Assembly (NCBI GenBank): GCA_964618295.1
Contig: CAZTWV010000004.1
Span: 10,953 to 74,952 of the forward strand
Reading direction: 5' to 3'
Length of the DNA: 64,000 nucleotides
DNA from: an uncultured Anaerolineales bacterium
GTDB taxonomy: Bacteria; Chloroflexota; Anaerolineae; Anaerolineales; UBA11858
Positions 8,560 through 19,063 of the stretch are shown here, in pieces. Position 1 is the first letter of the stretch. Every line of letters begins with the position of its first letter. Made by a program: the position numbers and the translations under genes. The notes beneath the pieces are model-generated. The model was not told the DNA's origin. It searched no databases and saw only the letters and a program-made list of their open reading frames with translations.

Positions 8560-8766
8560 ATGGATAATTCAAAGAAAGGCTGGATAACCGCAGCAGCGTT
8601 CTTGTTACTTGCAACCCTGGCTTGCCGCCCGGTGCTGACCGTGGGCTGGGGCGAAATCTTATTAATTGGAGGCGTGCTGCTGTTTGTACTGGCTCCCTTG
8701 CTGCTCAGGGTTGGAAGGTTCTTAATTCGCCTTCAGGATCAAAAGAATACTCGCGATCAGGATTGA
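8560..8766 (+). CDS. Small hypothetical membrane protein (68 aa)
   Basis: Internal ATG of ORF 8488-8766, chosen because the upstream part overlaps the CPBP tail. Two hydrophobic helices. Confidence 0.4.
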   Translation: MDNSKKGWITAAAFLLLATLACRPVLTVGWGEILLIGGVLLFVLAPLLLRVGRFLIRLQDQKNTRDQD

Positions 8767-8772
8767 ATTTTA

Positions 8773-9276
8773 TTATTCCAGGACGAGCAGGATTTGTTTC
8801 CGGTCCACATTTTCTTGCAGGGATGTTTGAATTGTAGACACTTTCCCATCCCGTGGTGAAGTCAATTCATTTTGCATTTTCATTGATTCCAGAACCAGCA
8901 GCACATCACCTTTTTTGACCTGGTCCCCTTCTGCAACAGGAATATCGATTACCAGACCGGGCATCGGGGCCTGGATGGCAACCTTTCCATGCTGGTGGGA
9001 GCTTTCACCTCCAGCTTTTTTCAGCCGTTTTTCTCGTTCATCCTCTACACGAACAGAATAACGCTTCCCCCGCAGCAGGACTTCCCATCCCCCGTTTTCC
9101 TGGTAAATATTGACTTCATAGGATCCGCCATCCACCAGAAGAGAGTAGGAAAGCGGTTGTCGTAAATTCTGGAAGTCAATTTCATGCTTAACATCGTTTA
9201 TCACCACGGTATGATCGTCTCTCAATTCGATCACATATTCATTTCCGTTTACTGCAGCAATGTATCTTGTGTTCAT
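8773..9276 (-). CDS. Biotin carboxyl carrier (biotin/lipoyl attachment) protein
   Basis: C-terminal biotinylation motif VLESMKMQNEL. It lies directly downstream of the biotin carboxylase gene. Confidence 0.85.
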   Translation of the reverse strand: MNTRYIAAVNGNEYVIELRDDHTVVINDVKHEIDFQNLRQPLSYSLLVDGGSYEVNIYQENGGWEVLLRGKRYSVRVEDEREKRLKKAGGESSHQHGKVAIQAPMPGLVIDIPVAEGDQVKKGDVLLVLESMKMQNELTSPRDGKVSTIQTSLQENVDRKQILLVLE

Positions 9277-9283
9277 GTAAATA

Positions 9284-10798
9284 TCAATCCCGTGTCCGCT
9301 CCCAGCGGCTGACCCACTTCCAGTTGCTTGTATCCCGGTTTGCCCGGCGGATGATCTGGGCCGACTGCTGGGTTCTTTCGTGGGCTGCCAGGACAGCAGC
9401 CAGAGCTGCTGTCATCTCAATCTCTCCTCCCCTGCCTGACAGGGGCTGTCCGCTGAACTCCGTTTCCACGAACTGGGTGTCAAAATTTCCATTCTGGAAG
9501 TCAGGGTGGCTGAGCAGCTGTTGATGAAAGGGAATGTTCGTCCGAACCCCGATGATGCGGTACTCCTCCAGTGCTCGCATCATCCGGGATACTGCTCCGG
9601 CTCGATCACTGTCTTGGACAATTAACTTGGCCATTAAAGAGTCATAATAAGGCGTGATTTCAAATCCGGAATAGACTCCACTGTCGACCCGGATGCCGGG
9701 CCCGGTTGGCAGGAGGGCATGAGAAATAATCCCTGTAGAAGGAAGGAATCCCCGGAATGGATCTTCCGCGTTGATCCGGCATTCTATGGCCCAGCCCTTA
9801 ATTTCTACCTCGGATTGTTTTAAAGAAAGTTTCTTGCCGGCAGCGACCCGGATCTGTTCCTTGACAATATCTAATCCGGTAACAGCTTCGGTCACCGGGT
9901 GTTCAACCTGCAGGCGGGTGTTCATTTCCAGGAAGTAATAATTTCTCTCTCGATCCACCAGAAATTCAATCGTTCCGGCGTTGACATAATCCACAGACCT
10001 GGCGGCCTGGACAGCCACCCTGCCCATCTCTTCCCGGAGTTCCTGGTCGCTGCCGATGAAAGGCGAGGGCGCTTCTTCCAGGATCTTTTGATGCCTGCGC
10101 TGGATGGAACATTCCCGCTCTCCGAGATGGATGATATTGCCATGGTGATCGGCGAGGATTTGGAACTCAATATGGCGGGCGCCTGGGACTAATTTCTCGA
10201 GATAGATAGTCCCATCTCCAAAAGCAGCCTCAGCTTCCCGGCGGGCTGCTGTCAGTAAGCCGGGCATTTCTGTTTCCGATAGGACCTCCCGCATCCCTTT
10301 TCCGCCGCCCCCCGCAGATGGTTTGATAAGGAGCGGAAAACCGATTTCCCTGGCAATCTCCAGCAGTTCCTGGTCCGAAAGATTTCCCTGTCCTTCGGTT
10401 CCGGGGACCACCGGAACACCGGCCTGGGCTACCGTGGTCCGGGCAATTTGCTTGTCTCCCATGGTAGCGATTGAGGAAGCTCTGGGTCCGATAAACGTGA
10501 TACCTGCCTGCTGGCAGGCTTCTGCAAAATCAGCCCGTTCTGCCAGAAATCCGTACCCGGGATGGACGGCTTCTGCCCCGGAAAATTCAGCAATTTTCAG
10601 GATTTTATCAATCCGCAGGTAGGAGTCGCTGGCCTTTGGCGGCCCAATTGGAAATGCCTCATCTGCATAACGAACGTGGAGGCTTTGGCGATCGGCATCT
10701 GAGTAGACTGCCACGGTAGGGATCTTTAGTTCCCGGCAAGCCCGGATGATTCGAACAGCAATCTCCCCCCTGTTGGCAACCAATAATTTCTTAAACAT
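9284..10798 (-). CDS. accC: Biotin carboxylase subunit of an acyl-CoA carboxylase
   Basis: N-terminus MFKKLLVANRGEIAVRIIRA, ATP-grasp glycine loop GGGGKGM, and full-length collinear family pattern. Confidence 0.9.
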   Translation of the reverse strand: MFKKLLVANRGEIAVRIIRACRELKIPTVAVYSDADRQSLHVRYADEAFPIGPPKASDSYLRIDKILKIAEFSGAEAVHPGYGFLAERADFAEACQQAGITFIGPRASSIATMGDKQIARTTVAQAGVPVVPGTEGQGNLSDQELLEIAREIGFPLLIKPSAGGGGKGMREVLSETEMPGLLTAARREAEAAFGDGTIYLEKLVPGARHIEFQILADHHGNIIHLGERECSIQRRHQKILEEAPSPFIGSDQELREEMGRVAVQAARSVDYVNAGTIEFLVDRERNYYFLEMNTRLQVEHPVTEAVTGLDIVKEQIRVAAGKKLSLKQSEVEIKGWAIECRINAEDPFRGFLPSTGIISHALLPTGPGIRVDSGVYSGFEITPYYDSLMAKLIVQDSDRAGAVSRMMRALEEYRIIGVRTNIPFHQQLLSHPDFQNGNFDTQFVETEFSGQPLSGRGGEIEMTAALAAVLAAHERTQQSAQIIRRANRDTSNWKWVSRWERTRD

Positions 10799-10807
10799 AA
10801 TTATGGC

Positions 10808-12367
10808 CTAAAGCGGTATATTTCCATGTTTTTTTGCTGGATTTTTTTCCCGTTTGTTGCAAAGCATTTCCAGGGCGTTGATCAATCGAGGGCGGGTGTT
10901 GCTGGGCTCAATGACATCATCCACATATCCCCGGGAGGCAGCGATATAAGGGTTCGCAAACTTGTCGCGGTATTCCTGGACTAATTCTTGCCTGCGTTGA
11001 GCCGGATCATCAGCTGCTGCCAGTTCCTTGCGGAAGATAATATTGACGGCACCTTCTGGACCCATGACAGCGATTTCCGCACTGGGCCAGGCAAAGTTTA
11101 TATCACCCCGGATGTGCTTGCTGCTCATCACGTCATAGGCCCCACCGTAAGCTTTGCGGGTGATCACGGTTAATTTTGGCACGGTGGTCTCGCAGTAGGC
11201 ATGTAGGAGTTTGGCGCCGGCCCGGATGATCCCGCCGTGCTCCTGGTCGATCCCCGGCAGGAAACCGGGGACATCCACAAAAGTCAGCAGGGGGATATTG
11301 AACGAATCACAGAAGCGAACGAAGCGAGCGGCTTTTTCTGAGGCATCTATGTCCAGCACACCGGCCAGGAAAGCTGGCTGGTTGGCGATAATCCCGATGC
11401 TGTGCCCCCCCAGCCGGGCAAAGCCCACCACGATATTGCGGGCAAATTTTTCTTGAATTTCAAAAAATTCCCCATCATCAACCACTTTTGAAATCACTTC
11501 TTTGATGTTGTATGGTTTTGAGGGATCTTCAGGAATCAGGGTATCCAGGCTGTGATCCTTGCGGAGGGAGCTGTCATCGGTTGGAACAAAGGGCGGATCT
11601 TCCATGTTGTTCTGTGGAAGATAGGATAGGAGTTTCCGGACCAGAAAGAGCGTATTGGCTTCAGTATCGGATGCGATGTGGCAGACACCGGACCGTTCAG
11701 CGTGGACATCAGCTCCCCCGAGTTCTTCAAATGTAACCTCTTCATGGGTCACGGTTTTCACCACCTCAGGACCGGTAATGAACATGAAGGAGGAACCCCG
11801 GACCATAAAGATAAAATCTGTTAAACCCGGGGAGTAAACTGCACCCCCGGCGCAGGGACCCATAATGACGCTGATTTGAGGAATCACACCCGAGGCCAGT
11901 GTGTTCTGTAAAAAGATATCCGCATATCCTCCCAGGGAAACCACCCCTTCTTGGATTCTGGCACCGCCGGAATCGTTGAGTCCGATTACGGGTGCTCCAT
12001 TGCGGAGAGCCATCTCCATGATTTTGACAATTTTTTCGGCATGGACTTCACCCAGGCTGCCCCCGAAGACTGTAAAATCCTGGGAAAACACATACGCCAA
12101 TTGGTTATTTATCGTTCCCCAACCGGTGACAACCGAATCGCCCAGGTATTTTCTTTTTTCCATCTCAAAGTCTGTGGTGCGGTGAACGACAAATGGATCC
12201 AATTCCCGGAAGGTGCCCCGGTCCAGAAGTAAATCCAATCGTTCCCGGGCTGTTAATCTGCCCTTCTCATGCTGTTTCCGAATCCGATCTTTTCCGCCGC
12301 CCTGTCTGGATTGTTCCTTTCTGTTTCGAAGATCGTCGATTTTTGGATTGCTTTTACTTTCTGTCAT
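10808..12367 (-). CDS. Acyl-CoA carboxylase carboxyltransferase (propionyl-/methylmalonyl-CoA type beta subunit)
   Basis: 519 aa with a typical PccB/MmdA-like sequence ([22 protein letters not shown]..., GGAYDVM). Confidence 0.85.
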   Translation of the reverse strand: MTESKSNPKIDDLRNRKEQSRQGGGKDRIRKQHEKGRLTARERLDLLLDRGTFRELDPFVVHRTTDFEMEKRKYLGDSVVTGWGTINNQLAYVFSQDFTVFGGSLGEVHAEKIVKIMEMALRNGAPVIGLNDSGGARIQEGVVSLGGYADIFLQNTLASGVIPQISVIMGPCAGGAVYSPGLTDFIFMVRGSSFMFITGPEVVKTVTHEEVTFEELGGADVHAERSGVCHIASDTEANTLFLVRKLLSYLPQNNMEDPPFVPTDDSSLRKDHSLDTLIPEDPSKPYNIKEVISKVVDDGEFFEIQEKFARNIVVGFARLGGHSIGIIANQPAFLAGVLDIDASEKAARFVRFCDSFNIPLLTFVDVPGFLPGIDQEHGGIIRAGAKLLHAYCETTVPKLTVITRKAYGGAYDVMSSKHIRGDINFAWPSAEIAVMGPEGAVNIIFRKELAAADDPAQRRQELVQEYRDKFANPYIAASRGYVDDVIEPSNTRPRLINALEMLCNKREKNPAKKHGNIPL

Positions 12368-12843
12368 AAATTCTCCACTTTTGACACTGATAATTTCCCT
12401 TTGAAGAAATTCCTGCTTGCCGTGTGGTTGAATAGAACCAGAATAAGCAATACTCCTACAACACTCAAGAGCAGATTACTTTTCCATCGGGTCTGCAAAA
12501 AAAGCGGGTCCGGGGCCAGAATAAGTTCAATCCATTGCTGGAGGGCCCAAATCAAACTGAAGATTTGAGCCGCCAGTCTGGACCAGCTGGACCCCTTCCA
12601 AACAGCAATGGAAAGGTTGATGGCTACCGCAGCCCACAGCAGCCCATCAGCTGCGAGATAAATTGGGGCGTATTCCGGTAGGATTTGATTGAGTATTTGC
12701 CAGTTCAAAACTGTCTGGATTACCTGGAGTAGTTTCCAGAGGCTAAAAAAGGAGGTCAGAACAGTAAAAAAAGCCAGCCCCCAGGGGCGGAGGGGTTGGA
12801 TTTGCTGGTTTATCGGCTGTTGATTCTGAGAAATATCTGGCAT
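12364..12843 (-). CDS. Hypothetical 4-TM membrane protein embedded in the carboxylase operon
   Basis: 159-aa ORF with hydrophobic helices. Its stop overlaps the carboxyltransferase start by 4 nt. Confidence 0.55.
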   Translation of the reverse strand: MPDISQNQQPINQQIQPLRPWGLAFFTVLTSFFSLWKLLQVIQTVLNWQILNQILPEYAPIYLAADGLLWAAVAINLSIAVWKGSSWSRLAAQIFSLIWALQQWIELILAPDPLFLQTRWKSNLLLSVVGVLLILVLFNHTASRNFFKGKLSVSKVENL

Positions 12844-12877
12844 GAAAAATCCAATCCCAAACTTATCAGGCTTTTTG

Positions 12878-14050
12878 TCAGCGCAGCCCGGTTTCCATCC
12901 GGGAGATCACCAGACGCTGAATTTCACTTGTTCCTTCATAGATCTCTGTAATTTTTGCATCGCGGTAGTATTTTTCAATTGGCAGTTCTTTTGAATATCC
13001 CATACCGCCGTGGATTTGAACAGCTGCATCAGCACAGAAGGTGGCTGTTTCTGAAGCGAAGAGTTTTGCCATGGATGCTTCCAGAGTATAGCGTTCTCCA
13101 CTGGTTTTGTGATGCTCCTTGGCAGCTGCTGCCTGGTAAATCAGCAGGCGGGAGGCTTCGATCCTGGTTTTCATATCCGCGATTGGAAAGGCAACTCCCT
13201 GAAACTGCCCGATCTTTTTTCCGAATGCTTCCCGTTCCTTAGCATAGTTGACACTGGCTTCATAGGCTGCTTCAGCAATCCCCAGAGCCTGCGCTGCGAC
13301 GCCAATCCGTCCGGCATCCAGAACTGTCATAGCGATCTTGAACCCCTCACCTTCCTCCCCGAGCCGGTTTTCGACCGGGCAGCGGTAGTCCTCAAACATC
13401 AATTCGCTGGTGGCAGAGGCCCGGATTCCAAGTTTAGGCTCTTTTTTGGACCGGATAAAACCGGGTTGGTTGGCATCAACCAGGAAAGCGGTTACTCCCC
13501 GGTGTTTCTTATCTGGTTCTGTCATCATAAAAACCACGAGATATTCCGCAACAGGTCCCCCTGAAACCCAGGATTTTCTGCCGTTGAGGATGTATTGATC
13601 TCCGTCTTTGACTGCCCGACTCAGCATGGTCCCGGCATCTGATCCGGACATCGGTTCAGTGAGTGAGTAGGCGGCAATTTTTTCTCCAGAGGCTACGGGA
13701 ATTAAGAAGTTCTGCTTTTGCTGTTCAGTGCCGTACATCAACAGACCGTAGTTGAAGAGAGAATTGTTAACGGACATAATAGTTCCATGCGCAGCGTCTG
13801 CTTTGCAGATTTCCTCCAGCGCCAGAACGTAAGCCAGGGTGTCCATCCCGGCTCCACCATACTCTTCCGGGACTTCAATGCCCATAAACCCCATTTCTCC
13901 CATCTTCCGGATGGTTTCAAGCGGAAAATCCCCGCTTTCATCAAATTCGGCTGCAATAGGAGCAATTTCGTTCTGGGCAAAATCCCGGGCGGCTTTCTGA
14001 ATCATTTTGTGTTCGTCGGTGAGGGTGAAACTTTGCTGGGGGGATGACAT
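12878..14050 (-). CDS. Acyl-CoA dehydrogenase
   Basis: 390 aa with full-length ACAD pattern (LTEPMSGSDAG, QIHGGMGY, TEIYEGTSEIQR). Confidence 0.9.
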   Translation of the reverse strand: MSSPQQSFTLTDEHKMIQKAARDFAQNEIAPIAAEFDESGDFPLETIRKMGEMGFMGIEVPEEYGGAGMDTLAYVLALEEICKADAAHGTIMSVNNSLFNYGLLMYGTEQQKQNFLIPVASGEKIAAYSLTEPMSGSDAGTMLSRAVKDGDQYILNGRKSWVSGGPVAEYLVVFMMTEPDKKHRGVTAFLVDANQPGFIRSKKEPKLGIRASATSELMFEDYRCPVENRLGEEGEGFKIAMTVLDAGRIGVAAQALGIAEAAYEASVNYAKEREAFGKKIGQFQGVAFPIADMKTRIEASRLLIYQAAAAKEHHKTSGERYTLEASMAKLFASETATFCADAAVQIHGGMGYSKELPIEKYYRDAKITEIYEGTSEIQRLVISRMETGLR

Positions 14051-14163
14051 TTCACTACCTCCTTGTTTAAACAGGCTTCAGGATGATCAGATGATTCGAT
14101 TATAGCATTCTCACCCTCTCAAAAACTTTCACAGAGAGCTTGAAAAGAAGGGAGAAGAGATGA

Positions 14164-14190
14164 TAAAAAAAGCCCCCGGTCGGGGGCTTT
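14164..14190 (-). terminator. Rho-independent terminator after glmS
   Basis: On the minus strand: AAGCCCCCG-ACC-GGGGGCTT followed by a T-run. Confidence 0.8.
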
Positions 14191-14193
14191 CAA

Positions 14194-16002
14194 TTAGTCA
14201 ACTGTCAGTGTTTTGCTGAGATTGCGGGGGAAATCTGGATCATAACCCCGGGCCAGACTGCTCTGATAGGATAAAAGCTGCAGCGGTAATACGCTCAACA
14301 AAGCTGTCACCGGAGCCCGGTAGGGGGCAGAAAGACCCAGATCGGGAAGCTCAATTACGGTATCTGCATTTGCCCGCAGTTTGCTGTCCGGTAGGCCGAT
14401 GGCTACGGCATGTCCTCCCCGGCAGGTTACCTCATTAATGCCGCTGATTATCAGGGGGACATCATCCGGGCCAACTGAAAAAATAATTGGATACTCATCG
14501 CGAACTGCGGAAAGCGGTCCATGTTTAAACTCGGTGGAAAGCATTCCCTCACAGTGGGTATAGGTGATTTCTTTTTGTTTCAACGCTCCTTCAAGCGCAA
14601 TAGGATATGTTAATCCATATCCAAGGATATAGAGGTCATCCCAGGGAAGTACAAGATCCCGGACAGGTACGATTTGCTCTTCAGTTGCCGCCAGGGTTTG
14701 ATCAATCCACTCCGGCAGTTTTTGAAGGGGTGTTGTATCCAGTCCGCCTAATTTTAAGGCCAGGTAGAGGAAAGTGATCACCTGATTGGTGAACGTTTTT
14801 GTAGCCGGCACACTGATTTCATATCCACAGGTGAGGGGTAGATAGCGTTCACTGGCGATGGTCAAGGTTGATCCAACGACATTGACCAGCCCCAGGATTC
14901 CCATTTCCCGCTGTTCCGCCGCTTCCAGGGCATTGAGAACATCTTTGGTTTCACCGCTCTGGCTGATAAAGATTCCCACATCCTCAGGACCAACTGAATT
15001 GCTGTATTGAGCCAGGAATTGGGGGGCAAGTACAGGGATGGATGAGCGTCCGGCAAGCTGATTGAAATAGACAGACCCCAGGAGACCGGCGTGGAAGCTG
15101 GTCCCGCAGGCAATCAGGTAAATATCCCTGGCGTTTTTTAAACGCTCCAAAAAGGGTTCTAGATCCGGGGAACTGTCCAGCATATGGATCAGATCTCCAG
15201 CGACAGCTGCCTGTTCGTGAATCTCTTTCAGCATAAAATGTTCATAGCCGCCTTTTTGGGCTGCTTCCATGCTGTCTTCCACAATTTCTGGCTTGCGTTC
15301 AATCACTTTCCCGTCCGATACCCGGGTGATATGATACCCCCCGGCCCAGAAGGTGATAATTTCGCCGTCCTGGAGGCGGACGATTTTGCGTGTGATCGGG
15401 AGAATTGAGGGTAGATCGGATGCGATGCAGGTCAGGTCTCCAGTGATTCCGGCTACCAGACCAGAGCCGTTTTTAATGGCATGGAGCTTATCATCCCCAA
15501 CTTTTCCAATTACAAATGAATAATCCCCTTCCAGGTCTTCTGTTGCCTTCCGGATTGCTTCGACCAGATCCAGGCCCTGATTATAATGACGTTCAACGGC
15601 ATGAACACAGCTTTCCCCGTCATTTTCGGAGCGCACGACTAACCCTTGATTTCGAAATAAATCCTGCAGTTCAAGATTGTTGACTACATTTCCATTATGA
15701 GCTCCAACCAGGTCTCCATCGGAATCAAGATGGGGCTGAGAGTTGACCTGGGAGGGTGCTCCGAATGTCGCCCAGCGCAGTTGGAGAATTGCCCGATCGC
15801 CGGCCAGACTGGCAAAGTCGTATTTCCGGGCGACATCATCGACCCGTCCCGCATCCTTCCGGAGATCGATTTCGCCCTGTTGTGGAATGGTCGCAGCCCC
15901 GACGGTGTCATAACCACGGTAAGAAAGTCGTTTCCCTGCCTCAATTAACATTGGTCCCAAATTTTGAGATTCTTTCGTGACAATACCAAAAATTCCACAC
16001 AT
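14194..16002 (-). CDS. glmS: Glutamine--fructose-6-phosphate aminotransferase
   Basis: MCGIFGIV N-terminal nucleophile, two SIS domains, and the C-terminal LSKTLTVD-type tail. Confidence 0.95.
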   Translation of the reverse strand: MCGIFGIVTKESQNLGPMLIEAGKRLSYRGYDTVGAATIPQQGEIDLRKDAGRVDDVARKYDFASLAGDRAILQLRWATFGAPSQVNSQPHLDSDGDLVGAHNGNVVNNLELQDLFRNQGLVVRSENDGESCVHAVERHYNQGLDLVEAIRKATEDLEGDYSFVIGKVGDDKLHAIKNGSGLVAGITGDLTCIASDLPSILPITRKIVRLQDGEIITFWAGGYHITRVSDGKVIERKPEIVEDSMEAAQKGGYEHFMLKEIHEQAAVAGDLIHMLDSSPDLEPFLERLKNARDIYLIACGTSFHAGLLGSVYFNQLAGRSSIPVLAPQFLAQYSNSVGPEDVGIFISQSGETKDVLNALEAAEQREMGILGLVNVVGSTLTIASERYLPLTCGYEISVPATKTFTNQVITFLYLALKLGGLDTTPLQKLPEWIDQTLAATEEQIVPVRDLVLPWDDLYILGYGLTYPIALEGALKQKEITYTHCEGMLSTEFKHGPLSAVRDEYPIIFSVGPDDVPLIISGINEVTCRGGHAVAIGLPDSKLRANADTVIELPDLGLSAPYRAPVTALLSVLPLQLLSYQSSLARGYDPDFPRNLSKTLTVD

Positions 16003-16204
16003 ATATCAACTCCCGGGGATGCTGGGCTGTCTTTAGAATGATTATCTTAGAGATTATCAGCGGGATTATTCTACCATCTGGATCGGAATTTGGCCTGCCC
16101 GGCCGAGGTTGATGTTATGCCCCGCTGGTCCTTAAAGCGAGGGTAAAAAAACGATGATAAAATACAGGTTACATTTTTGATAATACTGTCTGGAAGGAAA
16201 GCTT

Positions 16205-16522
16205 ATGACGGAAAATATATCCCCTGAGATATTTGAGAAACTTGTCAAACTGGCTGCGTTAGAAGTTTCCCGGGAAGAAGGTGAATACCTGCGGCGGGAA
16301 TTAAATAACCAGATGGTTTCGATCGAAGTCCTGGAATCGATCCCGATTGATGCGGAGACTGAGCCTGCTGATCATGGTGTTCCCTACGATGAAACCAACA
16401 GTCCCCATCCCAGAGAGGATATCACCAGCCAGGACCCGCACCGGGAAGAGATTCTTGGACAGGCTCCAGAGCTCGAGGATGGTTATATTGTTGTTCCGGA
16501 TATTTCACAGGAGGAACTTTAA
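16205..16522 (+). CDS. gatC: Asp/Glu-tRNA amidotransferase subunit C
   Basis: 105 aa with a typical GatC N-terminal pattern. Its stop overlaps the gatA ATG (TAATG). Confidence 0.85.
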   Translation: MTENISPEIFEKLVKLAALEVSREEGEYLRRELNNQMVSIEVLESIPIDAETEPADHGVPYDETNSPHPREDITSQDPHREEILGQAPELEDGYIVVPDISQEEL

Positions 16523-18120
16523 TGGCCATTCCTGATTTTACAGCATTTCAAATTGCAGATATGGTCCGGACCGGTCAGGTTAGTGCCCTTGAAGTACTGG
16601 AAGAACACCTGGATCGGGTGAAAGCTGTTGACGGCAGACCGGGAGAAGTAGACCGGGGAGAAGATTTATCAGCGGAGGACCGGGAGAGGGTGCATGCTTT
16701 AATCACGCTGGCTGAGGATTATGCCCGCCTCCAGGCTGAACAGGTCGATCAGCAAATTCAATCCGGAATAGATCCAGGTCCGCTGGCGGGAGTTCCTTAC
16801 ACAGCAAAGGATATTTTTACCGTGCAGGGGATCCGGACCACAGCTGGATCAAAAATACTGACAAATTACACGGCTCCTTTCACTGCGACAGTGGTGGAGA
16901 GAATGAACGCTGCGGGGGCGGTGATGCTGGGCAAGGTCAATCTGGATGAGTTCACTTATGGTTCATCCACGGAATCAACTGCTTACCGACCTGTGACCAG
17001 AAATCCGTGGGATACCACCCGGGTAGTTGGGGGCTCTTCCGGGGGAAGCGCAGCGGCAGTAGCTGCTGGGGAAGGGGCGATTTCCCTGGGTACTGACACC
17101 GGGGGGTCAATCCGCCATCCAGCTGCCTTTTGCGGAACGGTTGGGTTGAAGCCAACCTACGGTCGGGTTTCACGCTATGGACTAATTGCTTTTGGATCCT
17201 CCCTGGACTGCCCGGGTCCTTTAACCCGATCGGTCACGGATGCTGCGCTTTCCTTACAGGCTATTGCTGGCCAGGACCCGCGGGACAGCACTGCGGCAAC
17301 TGTTCCGGTTCCTGATTATCTGGCAGAAATGGAAAAAGATATCCGGGGGATGAGGATCGGAATTTCTGATGAATTTTTCCGGGTCACTTATTTTGACTCG
17401 GAAACCGGAGAGCTGCAGCAGAATCCAATTGATGAGGAGATCCGGGAAGCGGTGATGAGCACTGCCGGTTTCCTGGCCCAGTTAGGGGCGGATATTGTGA
17501 TGGATGTTCCGCTGCCTCATACCAAGTACGGCATCCCTACTTATTTTGTGATCTCCAGGGTGGAGGCATCCTCCAACCTGCTCCGGTTTGACGGCGTGAA
17601 GTACGGCTACCGGACTTCAAAGCAGGTCAGTGATTTACGTGAGCTGTACCGGAAAACCAGAGGTGAGGCTTTTGGTGTAGAACCGAAGCTGCGAATGTTG
17701 ATGGGAATTTACTTGAGTGCAGCCCAATTTGATAAAGGATACTATCAGCGGGCCTTGAAAGCCCGGGCTTTGATCCGGAAGGACTTTGAGGATATTTTTG
17801 ATCCAAAAGGAGACTACCGGCTGGATGCCCTGTTGACACCGACCACTCCCTCGACGGCATTTCCGATTGGGGGTGTGTATGGAGATTCTGTTCTGATGCA
17901 GTACTCTGATCAGCTTACCGTCACCACAAACCACGCCGGGATTCCGGGTTTATCGATTCCGGCCGGGTTCGATGCTGGTGGGCTCCCAATTGGGGTCCAA
18001 TTCCTGGGTGCTGATTACCAGGAGGGTACCCTGCTGCGTCTGGCGCGAGCTTACGAGAAAGTCACTGCTGATGAATCCTGGCGCCAGAGAACCCCTCCAG
18101 TTCTGGAAGGAGCTGCCTGA
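16522..18120 (+). CDS. gatA: Asp/Glu-tRNA amidotransferase subunit A (amidase signature)
   Basis: Amidase signature GGSSGGSAAAVA and GTDTGGSIR. At 532 aa it is somewhat longer than I expect for GatA (from memory). Confidence 0.9.
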   Translation: MAIPDFTAFQIADMVRTGQVSALEVLEEHLDRVKAVDGRPGEVDRGEDLSAEDRERVHALITLAEDYARLQAEQVDQQIQSGIDPGPLAGVPYTAKDIFTVQGIRTTAGSKILTNYTAPFTATVVERMNAAGAVMLGKVNLDEFTYGSSTESTAYRPVTRNPWDTTRVVGGSSGGSAAAVAAGEGAISLGTDTGGSIRHPAAFCGTVGLKPTYGRVSRYGLIAFGSSLDCPGPLTRSVTDAALSLQAIAGQDPRDSTAATVPVPDYLAEMEKDIRGMRIGISDEFFRVTYFDSETGELQQNPIDEEIREAVMSTAGFLAQLGADIVMDVPLPHTKYGIPTYFVISRVEASSNLLRFDGVKYGYRTSKQVSDLRELYRKTRGEAFGVEPKLRMLMGIYLSAAQFDKGYYQRALKARALIRKDFEDIFDPKGDYRLDALLTPTTPSTAFPIGGVYGDSVLMQYSDQLTVTTNHAGIPGLSIPAGFDAGGLPIGVQFLGADYQEGTLLRLARAYEKVTADESWRQRTPPVLEGAA

Positions 18121-18121
18121 A

Positions 18122-19024
18122 ATGAAGGGCAGCGTTGCTGTCCTGGGAAATGTCAACCTGGATGTAATCTGCCAGCCTGTAGATGAGGTTCCGAGGCGGG
18201 ATTCCATGGGGTTTGAACATGGTGCTGCCGTTGCTGGAGGCTGCGGATCTAATGTGGCAATTCAGCTGGGGCAGCTGGGGGTAAAGACTTTACTATTTGC
18301 AGTCCGGGGGGATGATTTTTCTGGAGAAATCCTGCAACGATCCTGGGATCAGGTGGGTCTGAATTCGAAATTTGTGAAAGTTAATCAGGAATCACAGACC
18401 GGAATTAGCGTGGTTCTGGTAGATTCTGATTATCAGCCGCGGTTTCTTCACACGCCGGGTGCCAACGAAGGACTGGATGGAAGTGAAATTGCTCTGGATG
18501 CCCTTAAATTGCACCGGACCGGGTATCTGCATATCGCTGGTTATTTCGTTCTTCCAGGTTTGCTGGATCAGGACTTCAAGAAAATCCTCAGGAAGGTACG
18601 GGAAGCAGAAATCAGCATATCACTGGATGTTGTCACTTCTCCGGCCATGGAAACTCCGGATCCCCTGTGGGAAATTCTGCCTGAAATTAATACATTCTTC
18701 TGTAATCAATCTGAGGCCCACTTGCTGTCAAATCGCAAAAATCCCCGGGAAGCTGCCCGCTGGATTTTTGAACAGGGACCAGATACGGTTGTTGTCAAAT
18801 TAGGTTCGGAAGGTTGTTTTTTTCTGACAGGAAAGCATTCTGATTTTGTACCTTCCACACCGGTTCAGAATCTAATCGACACTACCGGAGCAGGAGATGC
18901 CTTCGCAGCCGGTTTTCTGGCTGCTCGATTGCGGGGCGAAGATCTGCCTGCTGCCTGTGCAGCCGGGAATCTTTCCGGTGCCCGGGCTGTGCAGCATGTC
19001 GGTGCGGTTCAAATTCTTGAATAA
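18122..19024 (+). CDS. PfkB-family carbohydrate kinase
   Basis: ATG 18122 lies just after the gatA stop. N-terminal VAVLGNVNLDV and C-terminal DTTGAGDAFAAGFL motifs. Confidence 0.8.
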   Translation: MKGSVAVLGNVNLDVICQPVDEVPRRDSMGFEHGAAVAGGCGSNVAIQLGQLGVKTLLFAVRGDDFSGEILQRSWDQVGLNSKFVKVNQESQTGISVVLVDSDYQPRFLHTPGANEGLDGSEIALDALKLHRTGYLHIAGYFVLPGLLDQDFKKILRKVREAEISISLDVVTSPAMETPDPLWEILPEINTFFCNQSEAHLLSNRKNPREAARWIFEQGPDTVVVKLGSEGCFFLTGKHSDFVPSTPVQNLIDTTGAGDAFAAGFLAARLRGEDLPAACAAGNLSGARAVQHVGAVQILE

Positions 19025-19063
19025 CAAAAGCTGCAGTTGTATGTTTTAGAAAGAAGGAGACAT

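Noticed and set aside
16003-16204. Possible glmS ribozyme in the 200-nt region upstream of glmS (minus strand)
   Set aside because: I read the reverse complement and could not find the conserved glmS ribozyme core segments as I remember them. The region is more simply a divergent promoter region for glmS and gatC. A cmsearch with the Rfam glmS model would settle it.
17972-18121. N-terminal extension of the PfkB kinase ORF (track start 17972) overlapping the end of gatA
   Set aside because: The extension overlaps gatA in another frame and has no family similarity. The kinase pattern begins at MKGSVAVLGN (ATG 18122), right after the gatA stop.
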